A stretch of 64,000 nucleotides of DNA, taken from Flavobacteriales bacterium (GTDB taxonomy: Bacteria > Bacteroidota > Bacteroidia > Flavobacteriales_E > Vicingaceae). The stretch is from assembly GCA_029262875.1 (NCBI GenBank), contig JAJCYO010000035.1, positions 10,724-74,723 on the forward strand, given 5' to 3'. Under the pieces are notes generated by a model. That model had not been told where the DNA came from, did not search any database, and saw only the letters and a list, made by a program, of their open reading frames with translations. How positions within the stretch are numbered: the first letter of the stretch is position 1; every line of letters starts with the position of its first letter. Made by a program: the position numbers and the translations under genes. Shown one piece after another: positions 28,714 through 38,371 of this stretch.

Positions 28714-29112
28714 TTGAATATGAAAGCCTTACAAATTAATTTAGCATTAGCAACAGCATTATTATTGACTTCTTTTTCAGTTAATGCACAATCTAATAAA
28801 ACCAAAGAAACTGCGGTAAAGCAAAGAACTGAAGCAAAACAACAGATAGAATTAAGCAAAGAAATACCAACTGCAAAAAAAACGGTTACGGTAAATGCAA
28901 CACCTGCACAAAGACCTGTAAAAGTATCTGACTACATGAGTTTAGAGAAAAAAATTATGGCATGGTCAATTGATGGTAAAATCCCTGCTACTTTACCTAA
29001 ACACAAAGAAGGACAAACGAAGGAACAATATACTGGAATTATCAGAGATTGGGCTAAGAATAATTTGAACTTAATTAAGAAAGAATATCACGCAAAAGTA
29101 CTTTCAAAATAA
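28714..29112 (+). CDS. Small secreted hypothetical protein
   Basis: 132 aa with signal peptide 'MNMKALQINLALATALLLTSFSVNAQ'. Lys/Thr-rich. Located 65 nt upstream of adhesin 2. Not visibly related to 24459-24962. Confidence 0.55.
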   Translation: MNMKALQINLALATALLLTSFSVNAQSNKTKETAVKQRTEAKQQIELSKEIPTAKKTVTVNATPAQRPVKVSDYMSLEKKIMAWSIDGKIPATLPKHKEGQTKEQYTGIIRDWAKNNLNLIKKEYHAKVLSK

Positions 29113-29177
29113 GCATTTAGCGATTTAGATTAGACATATTGCAGATCAATATATTGATTTCTCATACCCTAAAAAAC

Positions 29178-32100
29178 ATGAAACGAACATACCATTTTTT
29201 TGTTGGATTATTAACAGTTGTATTATTATTTGCTAATACTTCTTTGTCATTTGGGCAAGGAGCAACATGTGCAACTGCAGATCCTTTTTGTACCTCAACA
29301 GTATATGCTTTTCCGAACCAAGTTAATAATGGTTCAGCACCAGCTTGTGGAAATGATTATGATTGTTTATCTACAACACCCAATCCAGTATGGTATTACA
29401 TGGAAATTGGGACAAGTGGAAACCTTGTTTTTGATATCACTCAAAGTGATGGAAATGGAAGTGGAATTGATGTTGATTTTATTCTATATGGACCTTTTAC
29501 CAATTTAGCAAATGCACAATCTGAATGTTGTAATTTAGGGAATGGAACTGCTGCGAACAATACAGTAATTGATTGTAGCTATGCTCCTGCACCTCAGGAA
29601 ACTGCTACCATTGGAGGAGCCGTTGCTGGTGAAGTTTATATGATGTTGATTACTAATTTTTCTAATCAAACAGGAACCATTACTTTTCAACAAACTGGTG
29701 GTACAGGATCGACTAATTGTGCAATAGTACAGCCTCCATGTCCTACTGTAGGTATTCATGCCGAGGATGCAAGTCAAAATATTTTTCCATTTCCTATTGC
29801 CCTTGATTGTGATGTTGCAGGGTGGGTTACGATACGAGAAGATGATATTGCCACCGCAGGAGGAATTATAGCTCCAGCCGTAGTAGTCGATATACAACCC
29901 ACTAATGCTAATGCTACAGGAAATCATATTTATGGTTGGGAAAATAACCTTCCAGGGCCTACATGGAATAATTACTGGGGTCTTAATAATGCTCCCGCCA
30001 ATAGTAATTACACCTTCACAATGTTAGAGGTGGATAATGGGCCAGGGACAACCCAAATTGGGGTTGAATTATGTAGTCAATTTGCCGGAGCAAATATGCC
30101 ATATACAATAACTGATGCTGCTTGTGGTGGAGTTATAACTACTGGGACTTGGATAGCCGGAGGTGATCCAGCAGGTCCAGGAGGCCCAGCGGGAGGGTGT
30201 CAATTTATTACAATTCCAGTTGGTTCAGTTGGAGGTAGCGCGGTTTATACCTGTCCTACCTGTCCACCAGGATCTTTTGTGACAACCGATTACGGACGTG
30301 CATTTTTTAATCCATCTATAGCAGGGCCAGGAAGTTATGATATAACCTATTGTTTTGACAATGGATGTGCGGTACCTAACAATTGCCAAGGTTGTGCTAC
30401 CGAAACAATTGTTGTTAACAATGCGTTTGCTGCAACAAGTTTGAGTTATACTACACCTGTTTGTCAATTGACAGGGGGTACCATTTCACCTACACTAACA
30501 GCTGATGCTGGAGGAACGTATTCTGCAACACCAGCTGGATTAACGATTAATCCTACTACAGGAGTTATAACTGTAGGATCAAGTACGCCTAATACATACA
30601 CAGTAAGTTATTTTGTTGGTACTGCATTACCATCAACTTGTAATGCGACTGTTAATACTACAGTGACAATAACGGCTCCTACGACACCAGCTTTTAATCC
30701 AGTAGCTGCAATATGTAGTGGAGATCCATTGGCTGCATTACCAACAACTTCTACTAATGGAGTGACGGGAACATGGTCACCAGCAATTAACAATACATCA
30801 ACGACTTTATACACGTTTACGCCTACAGCAGGATTGTGTGCTACAACCACAACGATGACCATAACAGTCAATCCAAATGTAACACCAACATTTACGCCAG
30901 TAGCTGCAATATGTAGTGGAGATCCATTGGCAGCATTGCCAACAACTTCTAACAATGGAGTTACAGGAACATGGTCACCAGCGATTAATAATACATCAAC
31001 GACCTTGTACACTTTTACACCTACCGCTGGGGTATGTGCTACGACCACAACGATGACCATAACGGTTAATCCACCTACTACGCCAACATTTACGCCAGTA
31101 GCTGCAATATGTAATGGAGACCCATTGGCCGCATTGCCAACAACATCTACGAATGGAATAACAGGAACATGGTCACCAGCGATAAACAATACATCAACGA
31201 CTTTATACACGTTTACACCTACCGCAGGATTATGTGCTACAACGACAACGATGACCATAACAGTTAATCCAAATGTAACACCAACGTTTACACCGGTAGC
31301 TGCAATATGTAGTGGAGATCCATTGGCTGCATTGCCGACAACCTCTACAAATGGAGTTACGGGAACGTGGTCACCAGCGATTAACAATACATCAACTACT
31401 TTGTACACATTTACCCCTACAGCGGGAGTTTGTGCTACAACTACAACTATGACGATAACGGTTAATCCAAATGTAACACCAACATTTACTCCTGTAGCTG
31501 CGATATGTAGTGGAGATCCGTTAGCCACATTGCCAACAACATCTAACAATGGGGTTACAGGAACATGGTCACCAGCAATCAATAATACATCAACGACCTT
31601 GTATACATTTACACCTACCGCAGGAGTATGTGCTACAACTACAACGATGACTATTATTGTAACACCAAATGTAACACCAACATTTACTCCAGTAGCTGCA
31701 ATATGTAATGGAGATCCATTAGCCGCATTGCCAACAACATCTAACAATGGAGTAACGGGAACATGGTCACCTGCAATTAACAATACATCAACGACCTTAT
31801 ACACATTTACACCTACAGCAGGATTATGTGCTACAACTACAACGATGACCATAACAGTTAATCCTAATGTAACACCAACGTTTACACCGGTAGCCGCAAT
31901 ATGTAGTGGAGACCCATTAGCTGCATTACCAACAACATCTAATAATGGAGTAACAGGAACATGGTCGCCAGCGATAGATAACACGATTACAACATTATAC
32001 ACGTTTACACCTACGGCAGGATTGTGTTCGCCTACCACAACAATGACCATAACAGTTAATCCAAATGTTACGCCAACGTTTACACCAGTGAATCCAATTT

Positions 32101-35100
32101 GTGATGGAGATCCGTTAGCCGCGTTGCCTACAACTTCTAATAACGGAATAACAGGAACATGGTCACCAGCGATAAACAATACATCAACGACTTTATATAC
32201 GTTTACACCTACAGCAGGGGTATGTGCTACAACAGCTACAATGACAATAACGGTAACACCAAATACAGTTCCAACCTTTACACCGGTAGCCGCAATATGT
32301 AATGGAGATCCATTGGCAGCTTTACCAACGATATCTAATAATGGGGTAACAGGAACATGGTCCCCTGCAATTAACAATACATCAACGACTTTATACACGT
32401 TTACACCTACCGCAGGATTGTGTGCTACGACATCAACGATGACCATAACGGTTAATCCAAATGTAACGCCAACCTTTGCACCAGTAGCTGCAATTTGTGA
32501 TGGAGCACCATTGGCAGCATTGCCAACAACATCTACGAATGGAATAACAGGAACATGGTCACCTGCTATAAATAATACATCAACGACTTTATATACGTTT
32601 ACACCTACAGCAGGGGTATGTGCTACAACTACAACGATGACGATAACGGTTAATCCTAATGATGATCCAAATTTTGCTTACGCATCTGGAACATACTGCT
32701 TGACAGGAACTGATCCGTCACCATCTGTTATTACAACACCAGGTGGTACCTTTACCATTACCGCACCTGGCTCGATTAATCCAACAACTGGGCTAATTGA
32801 TTTGGGAACATCAGGGTTAGGAGCATTTACAGTAACCTATAATACACCTGGAGCAAATCCATGTCCTTCTTCAACAACGTTCCCAGTTACAATAACTGCC
32901 GCTCCAAGTGCAGCATTTAGTTACGATGGACCTACTTATTGTCAAGACGCAACTGCACCTATACTAACATACGGGCCAGGGGCAAGTGGAGGAGTTTTTA
33001 CCACGGCACCTGTAGGGTTGAGCATCAATCCTGGAACTGGAGCAGTAAATTTAGTTAACAGCACTCCAGGTTTATATACTGTTTACAATACAATAGTTGC
33101 GGCTGGAGGTTGTGCTGCAGCTTTAGATTCAACAACGATAGAAATATTCCAAATGGATTCAGCATTATTCAGCTATAGTCCTACAACCTATTGTTTAACA
33201 GGAACTGATCCTTCAGCCACTCTGGGAGGAAATGCTACCCCAGGAGGCGTATTTACAATAACAGCACCTGGTGTAATAAATGCAGGAAATGGAACCATTG
33301 ATTTAAGCTCATCAGGATTGGGAGTATTTACAGTTTATTACAATACAACTATTGTAGGTAATCCATGCCCAAGTATTGATTCGGTTTCAATTACGATAAC
33401 ATCGGCTCCAACAGCTGGTTTTGTTTATGATGCTCCTCAATTTTGTCAAGACTCATTAAACCCTGTTCTTTCTTTTGTTGGTGCTGGGAGTGCTGGAGCA
33501 TTTACTTCGTCACCTGTCGGTTTGAGTTTAAATGGTATAACAGGAGCTGTTGATTTGGCACTTAGTACACCAGGCTTGTATACGGTTTACAATACAATTG
33601 TAGCTGCTGGTGGATGTGCTGCAGCTGTGGACTCTACTACTATAGAAGTATTACAGGTAGACTCGGCATTATTCTCTTACAGCAATGGAACTTACTGTTT
33701 AACAGGAACTGATCCAGCCGCAATAATTACAGGGACGACTGGTGGTACGTTTACAATAACAGCTCCAGGTGTGATAAATCCAACTACGGGATTAGTTGAT
33801 TTGACTAGCTCCGGATTAGGAACGTTTACTATTTATTACAATACTAATACAGCAGGAAATGCTTGTTCAGCATCAGATTCATTACAAATTATTATTACTT
33901 CTTCACCAACAGCAGGTTTTGTGTATGATGCTGGACAGTTTTGTCAGGACTCAATAGCACCAGTTTTAACGATGAATGCTGGGGCTTCTTCTGGAGTATT
34001 TAGCGCTTCACCAGCCGGTTTAACAATCGATGCGGCAGGGAATATTACTTTGGCAACGAGTACTCCTGGTATTTATACCGTATATAATAATGTTGCTGCT
34101 GGAGGTGGTTGTGCTGCAGCTGTTGATTCAACTACCATTGAAGTATTACAAGTGGATGATGCTAGTTTCTCTTTTGCAAATGGAAGCACATATTGTTTAG
34201 GAGATCCTAACCCTACTGCTACGTTAAATGGAACTGTAGGCGGTGGATTTACTATAAGCGCTCCAGGTTCTATTAATGGAACCACTGGAGAAATTGATAT
34301 TGCAGCATCAGGTGCTGGAACATTTACCGTTTACTACAATACTGTTAATGTAGGAAATCCTTGTTCAGAAATGGATTCTGTTGTAATTACGATTAATCCT
34401 CAGAATTCAATTAATCCAGATCCTTGGGGACCAATCTGTTTTGGTGATCCAATAACATTAACATCAACAGGTAGTGGTAATGGAACCATAACATGGTATA
34501 GTGATGCTGCAGGAACAAATGTTCTTCAAACAGGAAGCCCATACTCTCCATCTGTTCCGGGACCAGGCACATATACATATTATGTTAATGAAGCCGGAGC
34601 ATGTCCAAGTCAAATGGATTCAGTTGTTGTGATTGTTGGTGGTGTTGTTGCCGTTATTAATGCTGCACCTACAACAGGTCCAATTCCATTGAGTGTATTC
34701 TTTGGAAATGGGAGTACAACAGGAGCAGGGATAACATATGATTGGGATTTCGGTGATGGAAATACGAGTACTCAATTTGAACCAACAAATGTGTACAATA
34801 GCACAGGGACATTTGCGGTGACACTAATTGTTTCAGATGGTATTTGTTCAGATACTGCAACAATAATAATTGATGCCTTTGGAGAATCAGCTATTTTAAT
34901 ACCAAACGTCTTTACTCCAAATGGAGATGGGTCAAATGATATCTTTACCGTTGATGGTGTTAACCTTGAATCCGTTGAAGGGGAAATATTCAATAGATGG
35001 GGTCAATTAATGTTCTCATGGGATATTGTTAAAGGAAGTTGGGATGGAAGAACGCTTGCAGGTACAGAAGCCCCTGATGGAACGTATTTCTATATCATTA

Positions 35101-35162
35101 CAGCGAAAGGATTTGACGGAACTGAGTATTTTGAGAAAGGCGGTTTTAGTCTAATTCGTTAA
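29178..35162 (+). CDS. Giant repeat adhesin with type B T9SS (gliding-motility) C-terminal domain, paralog 2
   Basis: The ATG at 29178 gives signal peptide 'MKRTYHFFVGLLTVVLLFANTSLSFG' (track start 29139 rejected). Order of parts: a distinct about 470-aa head; ten 66-aa repeats; 3.5 A/B double modules; a PKD-like 'YDWDFGDGNTS' domain; a C-terminal domain 'IPNVFTPNGDGSNDIF...IFNRWGQLMF...GTYFYII...GGFSLIR'. Confidence 0.85.
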   Translation: MKRTYHFFVGLLTVVLLFANTSLSFGQGATCATADPFCTSTVYAFPNQVNNGSAPACGNDYDCLSTTPNPVWYYMEIGTSGNLVFDITQSDGNGSGIDVDFILYGPFTNLANAQSECCNLGNGTAANNTVIDCSYAPAPQETATIGGAVAGEVYMMLITNFSNQTGTITFQQTGGTGSTNCAIVQPPCPTVGIHAEDASQNIFPFPIALDCDVAGWVTIREDDIATAGGIIAPAVVVDIQPTNANATGNHIYGWENNLPGPTWNNYWGLNNAPANSNYTFTMLEVDNGPGTTQIGVELCSQFAGANMPYTITDAACGGVITTGTWIAGGDPAGPGGPAGGCQFITIPVGSVGGSAVYTCPTCPPGSFVTTDYGRAFFNPSIAGPGSYDITYCFDNGCAVPNNCQGCATETIVVNNAFAATSLSYTTPVCQLTGGTISPTLTADAGGTYSATPAGLTINPTTGVITVGSSTPNTYTVSYFVGTALPSTCNATVNTTVTITAPTTPAFNPVAAICSGDPLAALPTTSTNGVTGTWSPAINNTSTTLYTFTPTAGLCATTTTMTITVNPNVTPTFTPVAAICSGDPLAALPTTSNNGVTGTWSPAINNTSTTLYTFTPTAGVCATTTTMTITVNPPTTPTFTPVAAICNGDPLAALPTTSTNGITGTWSPAINNTSTTLYTFTPTAGLCATTTTMTITVNPNVTPTFTPVAAICSGDPLAALPTTSTNGVTGTWSPAINNTSTTLYTFTPTAGVCATTTTMTITVNPNVTPTFTPVAAICSGDPLATLPTTSNNGVTGTWSPAINNTSTTLYTFTPTAGVCATTTTMTIIVTPNVTPTFTPVAAICNGDPLAALPTTSNNGVTGTWSPAINNTSTTLYTFTPTAGLCATTTTMTITVNPNVTPTFTPVAAICSGDPLAALPTTSNNGVTGTWSPAIDNTITTLYTFTPTAGLCSPTTTMTITVNPNVTPTFTPVNPICDGDPLAALPTTSNNGITGTWSPAINNTSTTLYTFTPTAGVCATTATMTITVTPNTVPTFTPVAAICNGDPLAALPTISNNGVTGTWSPAINNTSTTLYTFTPTAGLCATTSTMTITVNPNVTPTFAPVAAICDGAPLAALPTTSTNGITGTWSPAINNTSTTLYTFTPTAGVCATTTTMTITVNPNDDPNFAYASGTYCLTGTDPSPSVITTPGGTFTITAPGSINPTTGLIDLGTSGLGAFTVTYNTPGANPCPSSTTFPVTITAAPSAAFSYDGPTYCQDATAPILTYGPGASGGVFTTAPVGLSINPGTGAVNLVNSTPGLYTVYNTIVAAGGCAAALDSTTIEIFQMDSALFSYSPTTYCLTGTDPSATLGGNATPGGVFTITAPGVINAGNGTIDLSSSGLGVFTVYYNTTIVGNPCPSIDSVSITITSAPTAGFVYDAPQFCQDSLNPVLSFVGAGSAGAFTSSPVGLSLNGITGAVDLALSTPGLYTVYNTIVAAGGCAAAVDSTTIEVLQVDSALFSYSNGTYCLTGTDPAAIITGTTGGTFTITAPGVINPTTGLVDLTSSGLGTFTIYYNTNTAGNACSASDSLQIIITSSPTAGFVYDAGQFCQDSIAPVLTMNAGASSGVFSASPAGLTIDAAGNITLATSTPGIYTVYNNVAAGGGCAAAVDSTTIEVLQVDDASFSFANGSTYCLGDPNPTATLNGTVGGGFTISAPGSINGTTGEIDIAASGAGTFTVYYNTVNVGNPCSEMDSVVITINPQNSINPDPWGPICFGDPITLTSTGSGNGTITWYSDAAGTNVLQTGSPYSPSVPGPGTYTYYVNEAGACPSQMDSVVVIVGGVVAVINAAPTTGPIPLSVFFGNGSTTGAGITYDWDFGDGNTSTQFEPTNVYNSTGTFAVTLIVSDGICSDTATIIIDAFGESAILIPNVFTPNGDGSNDIFTVDGVNLESVEGEIFNRWGQLMFSWDIVKGSWDGRTLAGTEAPDGTYFYIITAKGFDGTEYFEKGGFSLIR
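30684..32663 (+). repeat. In-frame 198-bp (66-aa) tandem repeat array, 10 copies
   Basis: Same unit as 25775-26962. For example, gtagctgcaatatgtagtgg recurs at 30702 and 30900. The array ends at '...VNPND', as in paralog 1. Confidence 0.9.
32664..34403 (+). repeat. Second-class Ig-like A/B modules, about 3.5 double units of roughly 165 aa
   Basis: Recurring 'YCLTGTDP...FTITAPG.IN..TG..DL.SSGLG.FT.YYNT' and 'FCQDS..PVL...STPG.YTVYN..(V/A)AGGCAAA.DSTTIE(V/I)' blocks. Confidence 0.75.
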
Positions 35163-35188
35163 ATAAAAACAAAATAATAATTAAAAAA

Positions 35189-35214
35189 GGGAGTGCTTTA
35201 GCACTCCCTTTTTT
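35189..35214 (+). terminator. Strong rho-independent (bidirectional-looking) terminator after adhesin 2
   Basis: gggagtgc (35189-35196), loop ttta, gcactccc (35201-35208), then TTTTTT. An A-run precedes the stem. Confidence 0.85.
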
Positions 35215-35288
35215 GATGCTGTTAATAAAATGGTGGATAAGTTATATAAGGTAGAATATAAAAGAGATTCAAAAAAAAACTATAGATG

Positions 35289-35318
35289 TTGTATTTATTA
35301 AAAATAATTGTATTTTTG
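35289..35318 (+). promoter_or_regulatory. Candidate promoter of the rpsL (str) operon
   Basis: TTG at 35289-35291, a 19-nt spacer, then a perfect TAnnTTTG (tatttttg) at 35311-35318. This lies 44 nt before the rpsL ATG. Confidence 0.5.
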
Positions 35319-35361
35319 CACTCCCTTTTTAGGGAGGAGTATGTATTTTAATTAATAAATT

Positions 35362-35736
35362 ATGCCAACTATACAGCAATTAGTAAGAAAAGGAAGAACT
35401 AAAATGGTAAAGACAAGTAAGTCTGCTGCATTAGATTCTTGTCCACAAAGAAGAGGTGTTTGTGTAAGAGTTTATACAACAACACCAAAAAAACCTAATT
35501 CAGCAATGAGAAAAGTTGCAAGGGTTAGATTAACAAATGGAAAAGAAGTGAATGCTTACATCGGTGGTGAGGGACATAACTTGCAAGAACACTCTATTGT
35601 TTTAGTAAGAGGTGGGAGAGTAAAAGATTTACCAGGTGTGAGATATCATATAGTAAGAGGGGCATTAGATACTGCTGGGGTAGATGGTAGAACACAAAGA
35701 AGATCTAAATACGGTACAAAAAGACCAAAAAAATAA
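35362..35736 (+). CDS. rpsL: 30S ribosomal protein S12
   Basis: 124 aa, '[12 protein letters not shown]...' (canonical S12). Confidence 0.97.
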   Translation: MPTIQQLVRKGRTKMVKTSKSAALDSCPQRRGVCVRVYTTTPKKPNSAMRKVARVRLTNGKEVNAYIGGEGHNLQEHSIVLVRGGRVKDLPGVRYHIVRGALDTAGVDGRTQRRSKYGTKRPKK

Positions 35737-35762
35737 TCTATAATAAAGATTGATATAATAAG

Positions 35763-36233
35763 ATGAGAAAATCTAGAGCAAAAAAAAGAGTATTACTTCC
35801 AGACCCAAAGTTTAACGATAAATTGGTTACACGATTTGTCAATAACTTAATGTTGGATGGTAAGAAGAGCGTTGCATTTGAAATTTTTTACAACGCACTG
35901 GATATTGTTAATGAAAAAATGGAAGAGGAAAGTAGTTTGGATGTTTGGAAAAAAGCATTGACTAATATTACTCCTGGAGTAGAGGTAAGAAGTAGAAGAA
36001 TTGGAGGGGCAACATTTCAAATTCCACAACCAATTAGAGACGATAGAAAAATTTCTATGGGAATGAAGTGGTTAATTGATGCTGCAAGAAAAAGAAATGA
36101 AAAAACAATGGCTCAAAAATTAGCTGCAGAAGTTATGGCAGGGTTTAAAGAAGAAGGGGCTGCATTTAAAAAGAAAGAAGATACTCACAGAATGGCAGAT
36201 GCGAATAAAGCATTTTCTCATTTTAGATTCTAA
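35763..36233 (+). CDS. rpsG: 30S ribosomal protein S7
   Basis: 156 aa, '[17 protein letters not shown]...'. Follows rpsL. Confidence 0.97.
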   Translation: MRKSRAKKRVLLPDPKFNDKLVTRFVNNLMLDGKKSVAFEIFYNALDIVNEKMEEESSLDVWKKALTNITPGVEVRSRRIGGATFQIPQPIRDDRKISMGMKWLIDAARKRNEKTMAQKLAAEVMAGFKEEGAAFKKKEDTHRMADANKAFSHFRF

Positions 36234-36253
36234 TTGATATAAGCTTTAGAAAA

Positions 36254-38359
36254 ATGGCAAGAGATTTAAAATTTACAAGAAACATAGGTATTGCTGCTCA
36301 TATTGACGCAGGTAAAACTACAACTACGGAACGTATTCTTTATTATGGTGGTGTAAGTCACAAAATTGGAGAAGTACATGATGGTGCTGCAACCATGGAT
36401 TGGATGGAGCAAGAGCAAGAAAGAGGTATTACAATTACTTCTGCTGCTACGACATTGTCTTGGCCATACAGAGGGGATGATTACCACGTAAATATTATTG
36501 ATACTCCTGGTCACGTTGATTTTACTGTTGAGGTAAATAGATCGTTAAGAGTATTAGACGGTTTAGTATTCTTGTTTAGTGCTGTAGATGGTGTTGAGCC
36601 ACAATCAGAAACTAACTGGAGATTAGCTGATAATTATAACGTTCCAAGAATTGGATTCGTTAATAAAATGGATAGACAAGGTGCTGACTTCTTAAATGTT
36701 TGTAAGCAAGTGAAAGAAATGTTAGGAAGCCATGCTTTACCGTTGCAATTGAATATTGGTGCAGAGGATGACTTTAGAGGGGTGGTTGATTTAATCAATT
36801 TCAAAGGAATAACTTGGAATGAAGAAGATCAAGGAATGACATTTCAAGAAATTGAAATTCCAGCTGATATTTTAGATGAAGCAAAACAATTAAGAGAAGA
36901 ATTGTTAGAAGCTGTTGCTGAATTTGATGATACCTTATTGGAAAAGTATTTTGAAGATTCGGAATCATTAACAGAAAGAGAAATTTTGGATGCATTAAGA
37001 GAAGCTACTATTGCTGGTAAAGTTATACCAATGATGTGTGGTTCTGCATTTAAAAATAAAGGAGTACAAGCTATGCTTGATATGGTAATGGAAATTTTGC
37101 CTTCTCCCTTAGATACAGAAGCTATTGAAGGAGTTAATCCTGATACAGAAGAAATGGAAAGTAGAAAGCCTTCTTTTGAAGAGCCTTTTGCAGCATTAGC
37201 ATTTAAGATTGCAACTGATCCATTTGTTGGTCGTTTATGTTTTACAAGAGCTTACTCTGGTAATTTAGATGCAGGTTCTTATGTGTTGAATACACGTACA
37301 GGAAACAAAGAGCGTATCTCAAGAATTTTCCAAATGCATGCGGATAAGCAAAATCAGGTTCCTGCTTTAGGGTGTGGTGATATTGCTGCATTAGTTGGAT
37401 TTAAGGATATTAAGACTGGAGATACGTTGTGCGATTTAAAATCGCCAATAGTATTAGAGTCTATGGATTTTCCTGATCCAGTTATCGGTATTGCAATTGA
37501 GCCAAAAACACAAGCAGATGTAGATAAATTAGGTATTGCTTTAGGAAAATTGTCTGAAGAAGATCCAACATTAACAATTCATACTGATGAAGATTCTGGT
37601 CAAACAGTATTAAGTGGTATGGGAGAGTTACACTTAGATATTATTTTAGATCGTTTAAAAAGAGAATTTAAAGTAGAGTGTAATCAAGGAGCGCCACAAG
37701 TTGCTTACAAAGAAGCAATTTCTGGAAGAGTTGAACATAGAGAGGTTTATAAGAAACAATCTGGTGGACGAGGTAAGTTCGCGGATATATCATTTATATT
37801 AGAACCAGTTGAGGATACAGAGAAAGAAGGACTTGAGTTTATAGATAAGATTAAAGGAGGTAATATTCCTAAAGAATTCATTCCATCAATAGAAAAAGGA
37901 TTTAAAGAAGCAATGAAAGCTGGTGTATTAGCTGGTTTCTCAGTTGATAGTTTGAAAATAACTTTATTAGATGGGTCTTTCCACGCGGTAGATTCTGATC
38001 AATTATCTTTTGAGATTGCTGCAAAAATGGCATACAGAAATGCAATGCCAATGGCGGGACCTGTTTTGTTGGAGCCTATCATGAAATTGGAAGTGGTTAC
38101 TCCAGAAGAAAACATGGGTGACATTGTTGGTGATTTAAATAGAAGAAGAGGTCAGGTAGAAGGAATGGATGATAGAAATGGTGCTAAGATTGTAAAAGCA
38201 AAAGTTCCATTGTCAGAAATGTTCGGATACGTTACTGATCTAAGAACAATGTCTTCAGGAAGAGCGTCATCAACAATGGAATTTCATCATTTTGAAACTG
38301 CTCCAAGAAACATTGCAGATGATGTAATTGCAAAAGCAAAAGGAAAAGTAGAAGCTTAA
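36254..38359 (+). CDS. fusA: Elongation factor G
   Basis: 701 aa with G1 'AHIDAGKTT' and 'DTPGHVDF'. Position in the str operon. Confidence 0.97.
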   Translation: MARDLKFTRNIGIAAHIDAGKTTTTERILYYGGVSHKIGEVHDGAATMDWMEQEQERGITITSAATTLSWPYRGDDYHVNIIDTPGHVDFTVEVNRSLRVLDGLVFLFSAVDGVEPQSETNWRLADNYNVPRIGFVNKMDRQGADFLNVCKQVKEMLGSHALPLQLNIGAEDDFRGVVDLINFKGITWNEEDQGMTFQEIEIPADILDEAKQLREELLEAVAEFDDTLLEKYFEDSESLTEREILDALREATIAGKVIPMMCGSAFKNKGVQAMLDMVMEILPSPLDTEAIEGVNPDTEEMESRKPSFEEPFAALAFKIATDPFVGRLCFTRAYSGNLDAGSYVLNTRTGNKERISRIFQMHADKQNQVPALGCGDIAALVGFKDIKTGDTLCDLKSPIVLESMDFPDPVIGIAIEPKTQADVDKLGIALGKLSEEDPTLTIHTDEDSGQTVLSGMGELHLDIILDRLKREFKVECNQGAPQVAYKEAISGRVEHREVYKKQSGGRGKFADISFILEPVEDTEKEGLEFIDKIKGGNIPKEFIPSIEKGFKEAMKAGVLAGFSVDSLKITLLDGSFHAVDSDQLSFEIAAKMAYRNAMPMAGPVLLEPIMKLEVVTPEENMGDIVGDLNRRRGQVEGMDDRNGAKIVKAKVPLSEMFGYVTDLRTMSSGRASSTMEFHHFETAPRNIADDVIAKAKGKVEA

Positions 38360-38371
38360 TACATATATAGA

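Noticed and set aside
30608-32446. 612-aa antisense ORF, plus similar ones at 26185-26946, 25612-26079, 29535-29927 and 30225-30467, opposite the adhesin genes
   Set aside because: They lie exactly over the Thr/Ala/Gly/Pro-rich tandem repeats. The repeat unit simply lacks stop codons on the complementary strand, and the translations are periodic low-complexity mirrors ('GVNVYKVVDVLLIAGDHVPVTP...'). The sense-strand genes have a signal peptide, recognisable domains and a T9SS C-terminal domain.
25775-32663. Regular 198-bp periodic repeats considered as a CRISPR array or satellite
   Set aside because: The units are contiguous with no unique spacers. The period is far longer than CRISPR repeats, and the units are in frame inside long CDSs, where they encode a conserved 66-aa protein module. 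No cas genes are present.
12476-35162. Accessory glycan locus plus adhesins considered as a horizontally acquired genomic island or mobile element
   Set aside because: No integrase, transposase, tRNA attachment site or flanking direct repeats are visible, and promoter motifs and codon style look native. The higher G+C of the adhesin genes is explained by their Thr/Gly/Ala/Pro-rich composition. Island status cannot be supported from this window.
35319-35336. A 13-mer gcactcccttttt repeated at 35201 (terminator 3' arm) and 35319 (rpsL leader), plus a small ctccct/agggag hairpin and an AGGAGG-like tract, considered as an attenuator or SD element
   Set aside because: The stem is only 6 bp and would straddle the predicted transcription start downstream of the -7 box. 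The purine tract is about 20 nt from the ATG, too far for a Shine-Dalgarno sequence, and Bacteroidota rarely use SD pairing. The repeat could be coincidental, so it is not enough for a call.
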